A stretch of 64,000 nt of DNA from Candidatus Aminicenantes bacterium (GCA_963719985.1 CAVRDU010000005.1:770817-834816); one strand, 5' to 3'. Numbered from the stretch's first letter, positions 37,507 to 49,902 are shown. Translations and numbers: made by a program. The notes: generated from the sequence alone by a model not told the origin.

Positions 37507-40500
37507 CTATTTCTCGGACTGGCCGACCCTCTTGAGACGGCCCGTCATTTCCTTGAAGCTGATGACCTTCCCGGGTTCCCGGTTCACCACACTTATACCA
37601 AAAAGGGCCGGTTTCTTCACCAGGTATTCGACGCCGCCCTCGTGGATCGTTCCGTTGAGGGTGAACGTGTCGTTGCGGAGCGTGCTGACGATACCCAGCT
37701 TTTCGTAGCGGAAGCCGCGGATGAAGCGCATGAAGAAGCCGCCCGCCCCGGCCGAGGCCTGCTGGCCGGAGCTGAGGACGGTCAGGTTGTCCACGGCCTT
37801 GAGGCTGAACGTCTGGGGGACGCCCTTGCGCGGCACCGATTCGAGGCGGAAGTCGAACCGGGCCGGCTGACCGTAGGTGACGACGAGGCCGCGGACCTCG
37901 CCGCTGACGATGCCGGTGACCTCGCCGAAGGGGACCTCGTCGGTGAGCTTCTTGAGGTCGAGCCCGACGAGGTCGACGTTGAGCGAGATGGCCCGGCCGG
38001 GGGCGAACGGGTCGGTGACGGAGAGGTCCCGGAGGACGACCTGGCCGCCGAAGACATCGGCCTCTCCCCGGCCGGAGACGCCGATGAGCCTGGGGCCGAT
38101 GTCGAGGCGCGGGAACTCGGCCCGGATCTTTCCGGTCAGCTTGAACTGGGGAGAGGCGACGGGAAAGCGGGCGATGTCGACGTCGCGCAGGGCGAGCGAA
38201 CCGAGGCCCCGGAAGGAGCCGGCGGCGGGATCGTAGCGGAACGTTGTCCGGCCGAGCTCGAGGCGACCGCCGAAGAGCTCCAGGCCGACCGGCTCGAGGC
38301 CCAGGGCGTTCGGCCCGCCGCGGAGCGGGAGCTCGAAGGAGGCGAGCGAAAGGAACGGGCTCGAGAGCTCCCCGACCCGGATAAGGCCCTTTTCGGGGAG
38401 ATCGGACCCGGGGGCCGTTCCCATGGGGGGCTTTCCTTCGGGATCGCGGGGCGCGTCCGGCGCGCCGGCCGGCGCGGGAGCGGACACATAATGGAGCGGG
38501 ATGTCGGCCGAGATGCCCGTGATCAGCGTTTTCGACAGGGGGCGCTCGAGCCCCGTGTCGGCGAGCTTGATCCGCCCCTCGACCGAGAGCGCGCCGCTCG
38601 CGCGGCGGACGCGGAGGTCCGCGCCGAGCTTGCCTTCGAGCTTCATCCGGCTCTCTTCTGAGACGCCGGCCTGCGAGTAGAGCGAATAGAGAGGCCCCAG
38701 GCTCAGGTCGGCCCCGGCCCGCAGATCGAACGAAGGCGTTGGGCGGACATCGGCCGTGCCGGTCGCGTCGATCGTCCCGATATCGGGCAGGACGGCCCGG
38801 GCGGCCAGATCGTCGACCTGGCTCGAGGCGGGATCGTAGCGCCCTGAGACGGAAAGCTCGAGCGGGAACTTGCTCCAGGGGATATAGACCGCCTTCCACA
38901 GCGACTCGCCCCGGCCGACGGCGAGAGATCCTTTGAAGGACAGCTCCTTGCGAGCCGAAGGAGGAGCCTTCGAAGCGCAGGGTCGGATCGAGGCCCTCGC
39001 CGGCGATCGTGAAGGACGGGTCGTTGAAAGTGGCCCCGGCGAGCGAGACCGTCCCCGAGGCCTCCCAGTCGTCCGGCGAGCTTCCCCGGCGATAGGCGAG
39101 CGAGAGGTCGGCCGTCGCGGCCAGGTCCCAACCGGCGAAGCCCGCCGGGACGAAGGGCGAAGCGAGCGACCGGAGCGCGGCGAGGTCGAGGCCGCGGCTT
39201 TCGAAGAGGAGGCGGGAGGATCGGTCTTTCCCGAAACCGATCCGGCCCGACAGCCGGAGAGGCGAGAGGCCGGGGACGCGCGCTTCGAGCGAGGTCAGGG
39301 CGGCCGTTTGCCGGACCGGATCGATGCTGCCCTTGGCGAGAAGCTCCGCAGAGTCGAAGGAGAGCGTCTTTCCTTCGGAGACATCGAAGGCGAGCCCTCG
39401 GAAGCGCGCCTCGAGCCGCGAGACGTCCACGGATGCGCGCGTGCCGGCGGCGACGATCCGGACGTCGGAGCCTCCGGCCGTGACGCCGGCCGCGGCGAGC
39501 TCGCCGGAGGCCAGGCGGAGGTCGGCCGAGACGCGAGGGTCGCGCGACGGGCCAGCGGCCTCGATCCGGCCGTCGCATCGGACGCGGACGGGAAGACCGG
39601 AGAAAGCCTGGGCGAAGCTCGACCGACTCGAGGGGGAGCGTCGCGTCGACGTCGTCGGTCGAACCCTGGCTCGTCCGGTGGAGACCGTATGTCCCGGCGA
39701 GCTCGGCCCGGCCCTTGAGATCGAGGCGGCGCAGGGACTCGGGCAGGCGCGGGCCGACGAGCTCCGCCGCCCGCTCCAGGCTTTCGAACCGGGCCCGGGC
39801 CTCGGCCTCGACATAGACGCTGTGGCCGAAGCGGCCCGCGGCCTTGCCCTCGAGGTCGAGCAGGCCGGGAGCCACGATCTCGAGCCGGGACACGGCGAAG
39901 TCGCTCGCGGACCTGTCGAGCCGGGCCGTCAGCGCGACGGCCAGGGCGTCGAGCGAGCTCTCGGCGCCGCCCGCGATGACGCGGGGAGAGCCGAAAGCGA
40001 ACTCGGAGTCGACGACGAAGGGCGAGGCCAGCCGGAGGGTACCCGAAGACTTCAGGCCGCAGACGAGGTCGAAGGTCCCGTCCTTTTTCGCATAGCTGAG
40101 ATCGGAACGTCCGAGGATGTAGACGACGGCGTCCTCGGCCGCGTCGGGCTCGAGGGTGAGATCGAGTTTATCCAGGCTCGTCGTGCCGGCCAGGAAGGCG
40201 AGGTCGAGGCGCGCGCCGGTCAACGTGACGCGCCCGGCCCAGGCCAGGGTGTCCGAAGCTTGGAGGAGGAACGCCTCGATGTCGAACGGCTCCTCGGACA
40301 CCTCCTTCTGCTCGAGGCGGAGGGAGAGGCCTTCGATCTCGAGCGAATCGAGCGCCGGCTTGATCCCGCGCACGAGCTTGCGGAGCGACCCGGCGGCCTC
40401 GAGCCGGTCCAGGGAGACGACGAGCTTCTGGAAGGGGTCCTCCCGGACGAGCTCGAGCGAATCGATGGAGACGCGAAAGGGGAAGAGCGAGTAGTCGAGA

Positions 40501-40670
40501 CGGGCGAAGCGGGCCGTCGTCCCGGCCGCCTTGTTGAGCTCGCGGCGGACGATCTTCCGGACGAGCGGCTTGTCGAAGAGAACGAGGAGCGCCGCGACGG
40601 CGGCGAGGAGAACGATGGCGCCGAGCACGGCGCCCGCGATCTTGATGGCCTTCCTGACGGATCTCTTCAT
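37507..40670 (-). pseudogene. YdbH/AsmA-family large envelope protein with two frameshifts
   Basis: N-terminal TM anchor (MKRSVRKAIKIAGAVLGAIVLLAAVAALLVLF). Protein-like translation runs through three frames (38703..40670, then 36893..39814, then 37507..38646), switching at about 39600 and about 38945. Typical AsmA C-terminal end (TFTLNGTIHEGGVEYLVKKPALFGISVV). Confidence 0.6.
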
Positions 40671-40740
40671 TTCGCCGCGCTCCGATTATATCACCCTTTA
40701 GGTCGGCCGGGCCCGCCGTGCCGGCCGGCGCCCCCGCTCC

Positions 40741-42897
40741 TTACCGGACCGTCTCTCCTGGAGGACGCAGCCGGAGCAGCTTTTCCCCTTGGGCCCGCTC
40801 TTCGGGGCTCAGCTCGTGCGGGTATTTTTCGAGGGCGACCTTCATGCTCATCTTGGCCGCTTCGTAGTCCTCCAATCGGGAGAGCATCACGGCCCGGAAG
40901 AAAAAGTTGCGTCCCGAAGCGTGGAGCCGACAGCAACGATCCATCAGCTCCAGGGCCTGACGGTCACGCCCGTTCCGGGCATAGAACATCGCCAGCTTGA
41001 GGAGGAACTCGTGGTCGCTGAGGACGGCCTCTTTCATGATCAGGACGTCGTAGACCGCCAAGGCTTCGGGGAGCCTGTTGCGTTCGATAAGGAGCTCGGC
41101 ATACTTGATGCGGAGAGACACGTTTTCGGGCTCGATCTCGATGGCCTTCTCCAGCGCGAGCTGTGCTTCGCCGAGATTCCCGATGGCTGCGTGAGCGTTA
41201 CCCATGAGAATGTACGCGATCGAATTCGTCCCGTCCCGCTCGAGGATCTCGAGCGCGAGGGGGGTGACCTGCTCGAACTTTCCCATGATGGAATAGACCC
41301 GGGCCAGCTGCATCAGGGTCCCGACGTCCTCAGGGGACGCGGCCGCAGCTTCCCGGAGCACTCGGGCGGCCTTGTCCCACTCCTGGTTCTTCTCGTGGAA
41401 GCGCCGCAGCCGGGCCAGTATGGACGGGCCCCTGTCGATCCCGTTATCTCCAAGGAAGCGGTCGAGATCCGCTTCGACGTCGCGGCCAGGGACACTCGGG
41501 ATGAGATCGAAGAACTCGTCCACCTTGGCGATGATGGCAACCCCATCCTTGGGGTCCCGGCCGCTCCCCTGCTGCCGGGCGGCCGAGGCGACATATCCGA
41601 GGGATCGCAGCCGGCCCATATCCTCCGCCGTCAGCTCTCTCTCGGCTCCAGACCGCCACTCCGTATGGGACGAGACTAAAGCCGTCAGGCGCTCCTTGAG
41701 GCGCCGGGCCAGGTCAGGGCGCGCCCCGTAGATGTTCGTCTTTTCCCCGGGGTCCTTCCGGAGGTCGTACAATTCGGGCCGAGGCAGAGAAATGAGCTTC
41801 AGATCGCCGTCGACGATGCCCGTGAGCGGGGCCCATCCCATCTCCTCGAATCCGTACAGGCTCTCCACGTAGATCGGTCGCCGGGGCGGTCTTCTCGCCC
41901 CCGAACGCAAGAAGGGGGCGAGGCTCCGCCCGTGAAGCCCTCCCCCCCGTTCCAGTCCGTAGAGCTCGAGAATGGTCGGCAGGACATCGGTCAGGCTGAC
42001 CCTCTCCTTGACGACTGTGTGTGCCGGCATCAGCGTCTCGTGGCGGAAGATCAAAGGTACGCGGAGGTTCTCCTCATAGCAGAAGATCGCATGGCCCCTT
42101 TCGCCGTGCTCGGCGAAGGCTTCCCCATGGTCGCCGACGATGATAACCAGAGTCCTGGACAACAGGCCCGAATCCTCCAATCCGTCCAGGATCCGTCCGA
42201 CGTGGTGGTCCATGAACTCCACCTCGCCCAGGTAAAGGCCCTTGGGATCGCGGTCGTCGGCATTTTGACAGTACTCCTGGGGAGGCCGGTAGGGCTCATG
42301 GGGATCGTAAAAATGGACCCACGCGAAGAATCTTTGTTCCCTGTTCTTTCCGAGCCAGGCGAGGAAGCGGCTCGACACGGAGTCGGCCGGGATCTCCGTG
42401 TTGTAGGAATTCATGATTTTGTAGGTGTCCAGGGAATCATCGTATTCGTCGAATCCTTGGCTGAGGCCGAAACGGCCGAGGAGAACATATGAGGCGATGA
42501 CGGCGTATGACGTGAAACCTTCGGCCTTGAGCCGTTCGGCTAGGGTCAGCTCCTCCGGCGCGAGGACGTAGCGGGCATTGTTCCTGACCTGATGGGCCAG
42601 GGGGTTCCGGCCCGTGAAGAGCGAAGCGTGGGCGGGAAGCGTCAGGGGGACGGGCGTCACGCAATTCTCGAACATGACCCCTTCGCGAGCGAGCCGGTCC
42701 AGGCGGGGAGTGTGGTTCCCCGTGCCGCCATAGGCGCCCAGGCTGTCCGCTCGGGTCGTATCGAGGGTAATCACCAACAGATTGCCGCCCAGGGGCTCCT
42801 CACGACCGCTCCGGAAGATCAGCGTTGCAGCGATCGCCGAGAGAACGACGATCCCTCCGAAAACCGTCAGGCTCCTCTTCCCGATTTCCATGGCCAT
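40741..42897 (-). CDS. Sulfatase-like hydrolase/transferase (alkaline-phosphatase superfamily) with C-terminal TPR domain
   Basis: 718 aa. N-terminal TM/signal, then LVITLDTTRADSLGAYGG...VGDHGEAFAEHGERGH and a TPR-rich C-terminus. No canonical C/SxPxR FGly motif is seen. Confidence 0.8.
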   Translation of the reverse strand: MAMEIGKRSLTVFGGIVVLSAIAATLIFRSGREEPLGGNLLVITLDTTRADSLGAYGGTGNHTPRLDRLAREGVMFENCVTPVPLTLPAHASLFTGRNPLAHQVRNNARYVLAPEELTLAERLKAEGFTSYAVIASYVLLGRFGLSQGFDEYDDSLDTYKIMNSYNTEIPADSVSSRFLAWLGKNREQRFFAWVHFYDPHEPYRPPQEYCQNADDRDPKGLYLGEVEFMDHHVGRILDGLEDSGLLSRTLVIIVGDHGEAFAEHGERGHAIFCYEENLRVPLIFRHETLMPAHTVVKERVSLTDVLPTILELYGLERGGGLHGRSLAPFLRSGARRPPRRPIYVESLYGFEEMGWAPLTGIVDGDLKLISLPRPELYDLRKDPGEKTNIYGARPDLARRLKERLTALVSSHTEWRSGAERELTAEDMGRLRSLGYVASAARQQGSGRDPKDGVAIIAKVDEFFDLIPSVPGRDVEADLDRFLGDNGIDRGPSILARLRRFHEKNQEWDKAARVLREAAAASPEDVGTLMQLARVYSIMGKFEQVTPLALEILERDGTNSIAYILMGNAHAAIGNLGEAQLALEKAIEIEPENVSLRIKYAELLIERNRLPEALAVYDVLIMKEAVLSDHEFLLKLAMFYARNGRDRQALELMDRCCRLHASGRNFFFRAVMLSRLEDYEAAKMSMKVALEKYPHELSPEERAQGEKLLRLRPPGETVR

Positions 42898-43111
42898 AAG
42901 GGGTTCCCCCGGGATCGGCGTCCCTTCTCCGGACCCGGTCTGGGGGCCCGCTCGGGGCGCGAGCCGAGTATATCAAAGGCCCGTGAGAGGTTCAACGCGA
43001 GAACTCTGAAAAGGCGCCGACGGGGTGTTGGGCTTGACGACGGACTTGTCCTGGGAGCACAATAAAGAGGGGGTTCGGGACCATGCAAGCATCGGCAGGG
43101 AGCCGTTGATC

Positions 43112-44668
43112 ATGACAAACCGATGGATCGTCTCCGGCATCCTCGGTATCCAGTTTCTCCTCGGTCAGGGCCAGGGCCAGCAGGCGAAGATCCAGAAGGA
43201 CGTCACCGTCACCCTCGTCGAGGTCCCCGTCCGCGTCCTCAGCAAGGGCGGTCCGGTCAGGGACCTCGGCCGCGAGGACTTCAGGATCTTCGAGAACGGC
43301 GTCGAGAAGGAGATCAGCCGGTTCCTGATCGTATCCCGCCGGATCGAGGACCGGACGACGCCCGGGCCGGTCGGCGGGCTCCCCCGGCTCTTTCTTCTCA
43401 TCTTCAACATCTATGATTACGGGCCGGCCGTCGGAGAGGCCATCGATGCGTTCTTCCATGACGTGTTCCGGCCCGGCGACAGCGTCCTCATCATGACCGA
43501 GGACCGCGTCCTGAACTTCGAGCGCGGACAAGGCCTCGGGGACCTTATCGCCGGCCTCAAGAACACCCTGCGCAAGTTCAAGGGCATGTCCACCCAAAGC
43601 ACCCTTAAGAACTTCCGAGAGTTGGACAACGAAAGCGACCGGCTCCTCAGCGCTCTCCGGAGTGCGGAAGGACCGCTGGGGGGACCGATCGATCAGTCCA
43701 TCATCCAATTCTTCGACAGATACCGCTATGCCTGGGAAGCCTATCGAAATCAGTATCTCCTGCCCGATCCCGATCTCTACGAAACCTTGCTCAGGAGGGT
43801 CCGGACGTTCGAAGGCGAAAGATGGGCACTCTGCTTCCAGCAGCGGGACATGTTCCCGATGATCAAGAGCTCCTCCCGGCTGGACATCGCCATCGAGAAT
43901 TGGGCCGGCGCCCAGGTCGAGCCGCAGGACCAGGTCAAGGCGCGACTCGTCCAGGCCAAGCGGGACGATCTCAGGCGGAGCTTCGATCTCCGCTCAAGCT
44001 TGTCGCCGGACGTGCTCAGCGACCTTTTCCTCGGGGCGGACATGCCTTTTCATCTCATTCTCCTCAAGCCCTTCCGGACGGTCTTTTCAGAGAATTTCGA
44101 GCTCAGGGAAGTCGGCCAGGAATACGAGGCGATGCTGAAGGCCATCAGCATCGCGACGGGAGGGCAATGCGACTTCTCCAACCGCCCCGTGGATGTTCTG
44201 AGGGAAGCGGTCCGAAAGGAGGATTATCACTACCTCCTCGTGTATTCCGGCCAGGAGCTTCCGGACGGCGAGGAGCGGACGACCGAGGTTAGAGTGGATC
44301 GCAAGGGTGTCGATGTCATCTATCTGAAGCGTCCGTTCGACCACGGCCGGGACCTCATCGCCATCTCCGGGGTCAAGTCCAGGGGAATGGGCCTCAGTTT
44401 CTCGATCGCCGGTTACCGGATGCCCAGCGTCGACGGCCGGCCCCGGGGATCGGCCTTCGTCAAGCTCGTCCTCTATGACGACGCGACGAAAAAAGTCTTC
44501 GACGAGGCGCGGACCATCGAGCTCGATAAGGAAACCACCCTCATCTCCTTGGACCTCAAGAGGCTCGGGCCGGGCGACTATTTCTGCATTATCGACGCGG
44601 TCGATCTGATCACAGGGGAGCGGGACGTATACAACGGGATCATGACCTTATTTTCAGCTCGCCGCTGA
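43112..44668 (+). CDS. VWFA-related Acidobacterial-domain (TIGR03436-like) exported protein
   Basis: Preferred ATG at 43112 gives a signal peptide. N-terminal pattern KDVTVTLVEVPVRVLSKGGPVRDLGREDFRIFENGVEKEISRF matches the characteristic xVxLVxVxV...DFxVxEDG opening of that family. Confidence 0.65.
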   Translation: MTNRWIVSGILGIQFLLGQGQGQQAKIQKDVTVTLVEVPVRVLSKGGPVRDLGREDFRIFENGVEKEISRFLIVSRRIEDRTTPGPVGGLPRLFLLIFNIYDYGPAVGEAIDAFFHDVFRPGDSVLIMTEDRVLNFERGQGLGDLIAGLKNTLRKFKGMSTQSTLKNFRELDNESDRLLSALRSAEGPLGGPIDQSIIQFFDRYRYAWEAYRNQYLLPDPDLYETLLRRVRTFEGERWALCFQQRDMFPMIKSSSRLDIAIENWAGAQVEPQDQVKARLVQAKRDDLRRSFDLRSSLSPDVLSDLFLGADMPFHLILLKPFRTVFSENFELREVGQEYEAMLKAISIATGGQCDFSNRPVDVLREAVRKEDYHYLLVYSGQELPDGEERTTEVRVDRKGVDVIYLKRPFDHGRDLIAISGVKSRGMGLSFSIAGYRMPSVDGRPRGSAFVKLVLYDDATKKVFDEARTIELDKETTLISLDLKRLGPGDYFCIIDAVDLITGERDVYNGIMTLFSARR

Positions 44669-46738
44669 TCCTATCGATCAGGGCCTTGATGTCCTTTTGC
44701 TCCGGGTTGAGGCTGTAGGACGCGTTCAACGCGTCCAGCGCCTCTTTCTTCCGCCCGGTCCTGTAATAGCAGTTCCCCAGGGCGTTGAGGAGCTGGACAT
44801 CGCTGTTGTAGATCTTGTTGCCCTCGACGAGCGAGGCGACCGCCCTTTCGAAATCCCCCTGGCCCATGTAGGCGAGCCCCTTGATCAGGACATATTGAAA
44901 CCTCAGGTTTTCGTCGTCCTTGACGCGTTCGACCGCTTCCAGGCCCTGAACGTACTTGCCGATCTTGACCAGGAACCGAGCCTGTTCGGCGATCCCGCGC
45001 CCATAATCCGGTTTCAACGCGACGGCCCTGGCGTAGCAGGCCTCCGCTTGATCGGACAGGCCGAGCTTGTCATACTGGTAGGCGAGGCCATAGAAGAGGA
45101 TGTGATTCATGGACGGCGGCGCTCCCCTGACCAGGGTCACGGGGTGGGAGACGCTGTCCAGAGGGGAGAGAATGACCCTGGACGTTCTTTCCGCGAGGGT
45201 TTCTCCGCTCCCGTCGACGACGGCCAGGCTGATCTCGTAATAGTCGGGCTCGAACTCCGCGGCCGGCAATACCCGGTCGAAGACCATGATGCGTCCGTAG
45301 GGCCGGCTCGAGAGCGCCAGGGAGAACTCCTTTTCCGAGGCCCCTTCGCCCTTGAGGCCCTTGACCCTGATCCTGGCCTTCCCTCCCCGCCATAGATCTT
45401 CGGAAACACCGGCCATCGTGAATAGGATGGCCAGCTCGTCCTTCCGGGAAAGGGTGTCTCCGGAATCGACCAAGATGCGGCGGTCGAACGCCTTGAACGG
45501 TAGCAACGACCCGACCGGAACGGTTTCAAGGCGATAGCCGATGACCGGGTCGTCCAGCCGCAACCCCGCCCCCGCCGCGGCCGGGACGATGATCGTGCGT
45601 TCGAAGAAGCTGAATTCCTTGCCGACCGAGTTCTGGACGAGAACGGCCAGCTCGTAGCTCCCCCTCGACGACGGGGAACACGTCCTCGACGGCCACACCG
45701 TTGGCCTCGATATAGCCCTTGCGGGCGGGCGGGAAGTAGAACGGAAAATCCTTTTCGTGCTGGAAGATGATCGCTTCCCCCTTCTTCAGCGTGGCGTTCA
45801 TCTTGAAGTTGCAGTAGTGCTGGTCCTTGGGTTGATAGTACTCCACCGAGACCTTCTTCGGCGCCAGAGAGACGTGGAGGAGATCAATCCCCAGGACGGG
45901 GTCGGGAATGACGGCCACGACGGCGTCGCTCTCCACGTAGTTCGTCAGGTACTCCGTGCTGACGATGCCTTTGAAATGGAGGAAGTCCGTGGCGTAGCGG
46001 GGATTGACGTCTTTGCGCGGCGATTCGCGCGATCTTGGCCAGGAGGATGGTGTTCTCGGGAGAGGGTATGAAGTTATAGGGGAACTCGCCGGGAATGATG
46101 GAGAGGACGACGGGAGCCAGAGAGGGAGAGAGCTCCCGGATCTTCTGGTAGACCGCCCGATAGTCGGTCTGGTCCACCTCCTCGGGCCGGATAAGCAGGC
46201 TGGCCGGCCCGTCCGAGGCGGGGTTGTAGAGCTTGTACTCGCCGCTCCCGCCGCGCTGGTAGAAAACGAGGGCGAACAGCGGGGGCAGGGCCCGGCGCGA
46301 CTCGCCCCGGTAGTACCAGACCTGGCATGGCTGAACCCCGGGCTGGCTGTCGAATCGCTCGATCGAGGCCGGCGGACCGAGGATGATGTGGATCCGGCCC
46401 ATATCCGTCCGCCAGCCCTCACGCGGCGTTCCCCTGGCGAGCCTGGTATTGGCGTAGGCGAACCGGTTAGCATGCTCGTCCATGAACTCGTTCCGGGCGG
46501 TTTCGGGCGTGGGATCGCGCTGCTTCCAGAAGGACTCTATGAACAGATCGCGGTCGCGGTCGGTCTCGAGATGGAAGAAAACCTCCCGCTCCGCGGGAAG
46601 GACGATATAGCTCGTGAGATCGAGCCATTGCCGGTATTTTTCGGGAAGGTCCTTTGCGTTGGTCTTTGTCTGCGAGGGAAAGAGGGCGCCGGCGCCGGCC
46701 AGGGCAAGCAAGAGGATACGGTGGAGGCTGGTGTTCAT
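44640..46738 (-). pseudogene. GWxTD-domain protein with C-terminal TPR repeats; two frameshifts
   Basis: ATG at 46738 with a signal peptide. GWxTD motif (TPREGWRTDMGRIHIILGPPASIERF). Protein-like sequence hops frames 45884..46822, then 45526..46473, then 44640..45698, at about 46030 and about 45680. The C-terminus carries TPR repeats. Confidence 0.65.
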
Positions 46739-46751
46739 GGCGTGGTCCCCC

Positions 46752-48888
46752 TCAGCAGGTCTTCCCGCATTTTTCGATGAGTTCGTCCAGCTTGTTCTTT
46801 TCCGCCGCCGGCAGCTTCGCATAGGCGATCGTTTTGTATCGGAGGAGATGGTCCAGGGCCCGAGGCTTGTCCCCCCTGGCCAAGTAGGCCACGCCCAGGT
46901 TGTAAAGGGCGTGCGGCAGAGTTGGGATCAAGGGCCAGCGCCTCCTCCCAGCTGGCGGTCGCTCCGTCGATGTCTCCGGCCCGGGCCAGGGCCGTACCCA
47001 GGCCGTTGCGCGGGGAAGCGTAGGAGGGATCGAGCTCGATGGCCTTCCTGAAGTGCTCGACGGCGAGCCGGTAGTCCTGCTCCTTCCGGTCCCGTAGGAA
47101 CATCGAGAAATGGAGGGCCCCGATATTGTTGATAACGATCGGGTAATTGGGATCGAGCGACAGGGCGCGGCCGTAGGCATCCGCCGCCGCCGGGAAATCG
47201 CCCTTGTTCCAGTAGGCGATGCCTATGTAGTTCCATACTTCGGGATCGTAATCGATGATGGCCAGCCCTTGCTTGAGGACCTCGATGGCCGCGTCGTTCT
47301 GGCCCGCTTCGGTCAGAAAGATACCGAAGGTCGTCAGGATGCGGAAGCTGGAAGGATTGTGCTGGTGGCCTTGGCGGAGGCAGTCCACGGCCTCCTCCCA
47401 TCGGCCCTGCTCCTTATAGATGGTGGCCAGGTAGGTATAGGCCAGGTCGAAGTCCTTCCGTTCGGCGATGATCTCCTTGAGAAGAACGACGCCTTCCTCC
47501 AAAGCCCCGCTATGGTAGCGGCCCATGGCCGTCTGAAGCTTGGTCTGATAGGGAAGAAGGACCTTCAGGTCGTCCTCGTGCCCGTAGACCTTGTCCGCCG
47601 GAGGCGGCGCCGGACCCGAGACGTAGCCCAGGCTGCGGAGGCGTTCTTGGGCCGCCCGGTCGAGCTTCCGGGACGAAGTTCCGTTGGCCGGCGGGGAGAG
47701 CGTGGCCATGGTCTTTTTCAGGGCGGCGGCGTAGATCTCGAGGGACTGCTTAGGCGCCAGGTTCTCCAACTCGCCGAAGTCATGGTTTGTGTCGTAGAGC
47801 TCGGGGACGGGCGAATCAAAGTATTTCATCGGACCCCTGATGATCCCCCTCAAGGGGGCCCAGCCCCGGCTGAAATGGGGGTAGAGCGACTCGAAATAAA
47901 CGTCCCTGGAGGTGACGGGCCTTCCCTTGAGGGCCGGAACGAGCGAGATCCCTTGGAGCGCGTCGGGCTTGCGGGCACCCAAGAGGTCGCAGACGGTCGG
48001 GAAGATGTCGAGGTGACAGACCGTATCGCGGCACTCCCCCGGCTTAGTGCCCGGCGCCGCGATGATCAGGGGGACCCACAGGGTCGAGTTATAGGCGAAG
48101 TAGCCGTGGGTGGATTCTCCGTGCTCGCCCAGGCTTTCCCCGTGGTCTCCGGTGAAGACGACGACGGTGTTCTTCGTTTCGCCCTTACGCTCGAGCGCAT
48201 CGAAAAGGCCGGCCAATGCGGAATCGACGTAGGCGACCTCGCCGTTGTAGGGATTGGCTTTGAATCGGGAAAGGAAAGGCTCGGGCGGATCGTAGCGCTG
48301 ATGGGGGTCGAAGCAATGGACCCACAGGAACCAGGGAGATCTCTGACCGCCGAGCCAGGATATGGCCTTGGCCACGACCTCCCCCGCCTTCCGCTCGACA
48401 TAGGAGATCTCCGAGGCGCCCCGGGTCCCATAATTGTCGTCATAGACGTCGAAGCCCTGGGTCAGGCCGAAACGGGAGTCGAGCGGGAAGGCCCCGACGA
48501 AAGCGCCCGTGGCGTAGCCCAGGCTCTTGAGATGCTCGGCCAAGGTCAGGAATTCCTCTCCGACGACGAAATTGGCGTTGTCGTGGACGCCGTGCCGAAG
48601 AGGAGTGACGCCGAGGAGGATGGTCGTGTGCGAGGGGAGCGTCGTGGGGGTGTGGGCGAAGGCCCTGCGAAACAGGACGCCCCGTCCGGCCAGGGCGTCG
48701 ATCGTGGGAGTTCGGACGAAATCGGTGCTGTAACAGCTCAGGCGGTCCGGCCGCAGGGTGTCGATGGTGATGAGCAGGAGATTGGGCTTGGACAGGGCGG
48801 CAGTGACGCGCGCGGCCGAAGGCGCCTCACCGCTCGCTATAACAACCAGAAAGGCCGCCACGAAAAGCGGGAGAGCGGCTTTCCGCAT
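46752..48888 (-). pseudogene. Second sulfatase-like/TPR protein, with a 1-nt frameshift near the C-terminus
   Basis: 717-aa track ORF. LLLITIDTLRPDRLSCYS...TGDHGESLGEHGESTHG followed by TPRs. At about 46915 the frame shifts (...ALDPN | LPHALYNLGVAYLARGD...), continuing in track ORF 46752..47180 to the real end (...ELIEKCGKTC). Confidence 0.7.
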
Positions 48889-48891
48889 GGC

Positions 48892-49806
48892 TCACTTCTT
48901 CAGGAATTCGAGGAAGCTGCGGACTTGAGCGGCCCGTTCCGAGGCGGAATCCAGCTTGAGATACCGCTCGAAGGCGCCGATGGCCTGCTCTCTGTTGCCA
49001 AGATTGAGGCTGATGAGCCCCGTAAGGTACAGGGCATCGGTCGATCCGGGATTGATCTCGACCGCTCTCTGGGAATACTTCAACGCCTCCGCGAAGTTCG
49101 ATTGGGAGAAGAAGGCCGTGGAGATATTGAAAAGCACGGTCGGATCGATGATCTTCGCGATGTCGATCTTGCCATACCACTCCAGGGCTTTGGCCGGATC
49201 CTGGCGGTTGGAATAGGTATTTCCGATGAGCATCATGACCTCGGCGTTGTCCGCCTCCTTGGCCAAGACTTTGAGATAGCTTTCCTCGGCGAGGTCGTAG
49301 CGCTGGAGCTGGAAGTAGCAGTTGCCGATGTTCTTGTACAGAATGTAGGCGTTGGGGTCTTCAGCGACGAGACCCTCAAAAAGCTTGGCCGCCTCCTCGA
49401 ACTTTCCCTCGTCGAACAGTTTATTGCCGCTATCGACCCCCTCCTTGAGGGCCTCGAGGACGACGAATCCCTCGATCCTCTCCAGACTGACCTCGATGCG
49501 CGGATTCCGGGCGTAGTCCTTGAGCTCGACGACGATCTTCTTGGGGATGTAGCCTTCCTTCTCGAAATCGAGGTTCCACCCGCCGCCCCGGATATAAGCG
49601 GCCCGCCACTCCCCGCCGGCGTCGGTCACCGTCTCGAATCCGCTCTGGCCCTTGAGCGAGAAGAGCTTGACGGTAACGCCCGGGAGAGGCTTTTTCTGCG
49701 CGTCGGTGACCACGCCGGCAGCCCTGCCCTGGCCCTTGTAGCCCTGGGCCGCTCCTGGGAGAAGAATGGAGAGGAACAGCGAGAGAAACAGAACAATTCG
49801 ATGCAT
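48892..49806 (-). CDS. Carboxypeptidase-regulatory-like (CarbopepD_reg) domain plus TPR protein, exported
   Basis: AGGAGG-7nt-ATG at 49806, giving MHRIVLFLSLFLSILLPGAAQG. CarbopepD_reg-like beta-sandwich (GVVTDAQKKPLPGVTVKLFS) followed by TPR repeats. Stop lies 4 nt from the sulfatase-like gene start. Confidence 0.65.
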   Translation of the reverse strand: MHRIVLFLSLFLSILLPGAAQGYKGQGRAAGVVTDAQKKPLPGVTVKLFSLKGQSGFETVTDAGGEWRAAYIRGGGWNLDFEKEGYIPKKIVVELKDYARNPRIEVSLERIEGFVVLEALKEGVDSGNKLFDEGKFEEAAKLFEGLVAEDPNAYILYKNIGNCYFQLQRYDLAEESYLKVLAKEADNAEVMMLIGNTYSNRQDPAKALEWYGKIDIAKIIDPTVLFNISTAFFSQSNFAEALKYSQRAVEINPGSTDALYLTGLISLNLGNREQAIGAFERYLKLDSASERAAQVRSFLEFLKK

Positions 49807-49902
49807 GACCGACCCTCCTTGTAATTTTAGCACCCTTCGGGGAGAAAAAGAAGGGGCGGTCCCCCGCGGAACCGCCCCTCGAGCATGGGCTTGAGCTTGT
49901 CT

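Noticed and set aside
36893-39814. 973-aa composite ORF
   Set aside because: It concatenates the DUF1318 gene, a non-coding stretch and the middle third of the YdbH-like gene. It was split accordingly.
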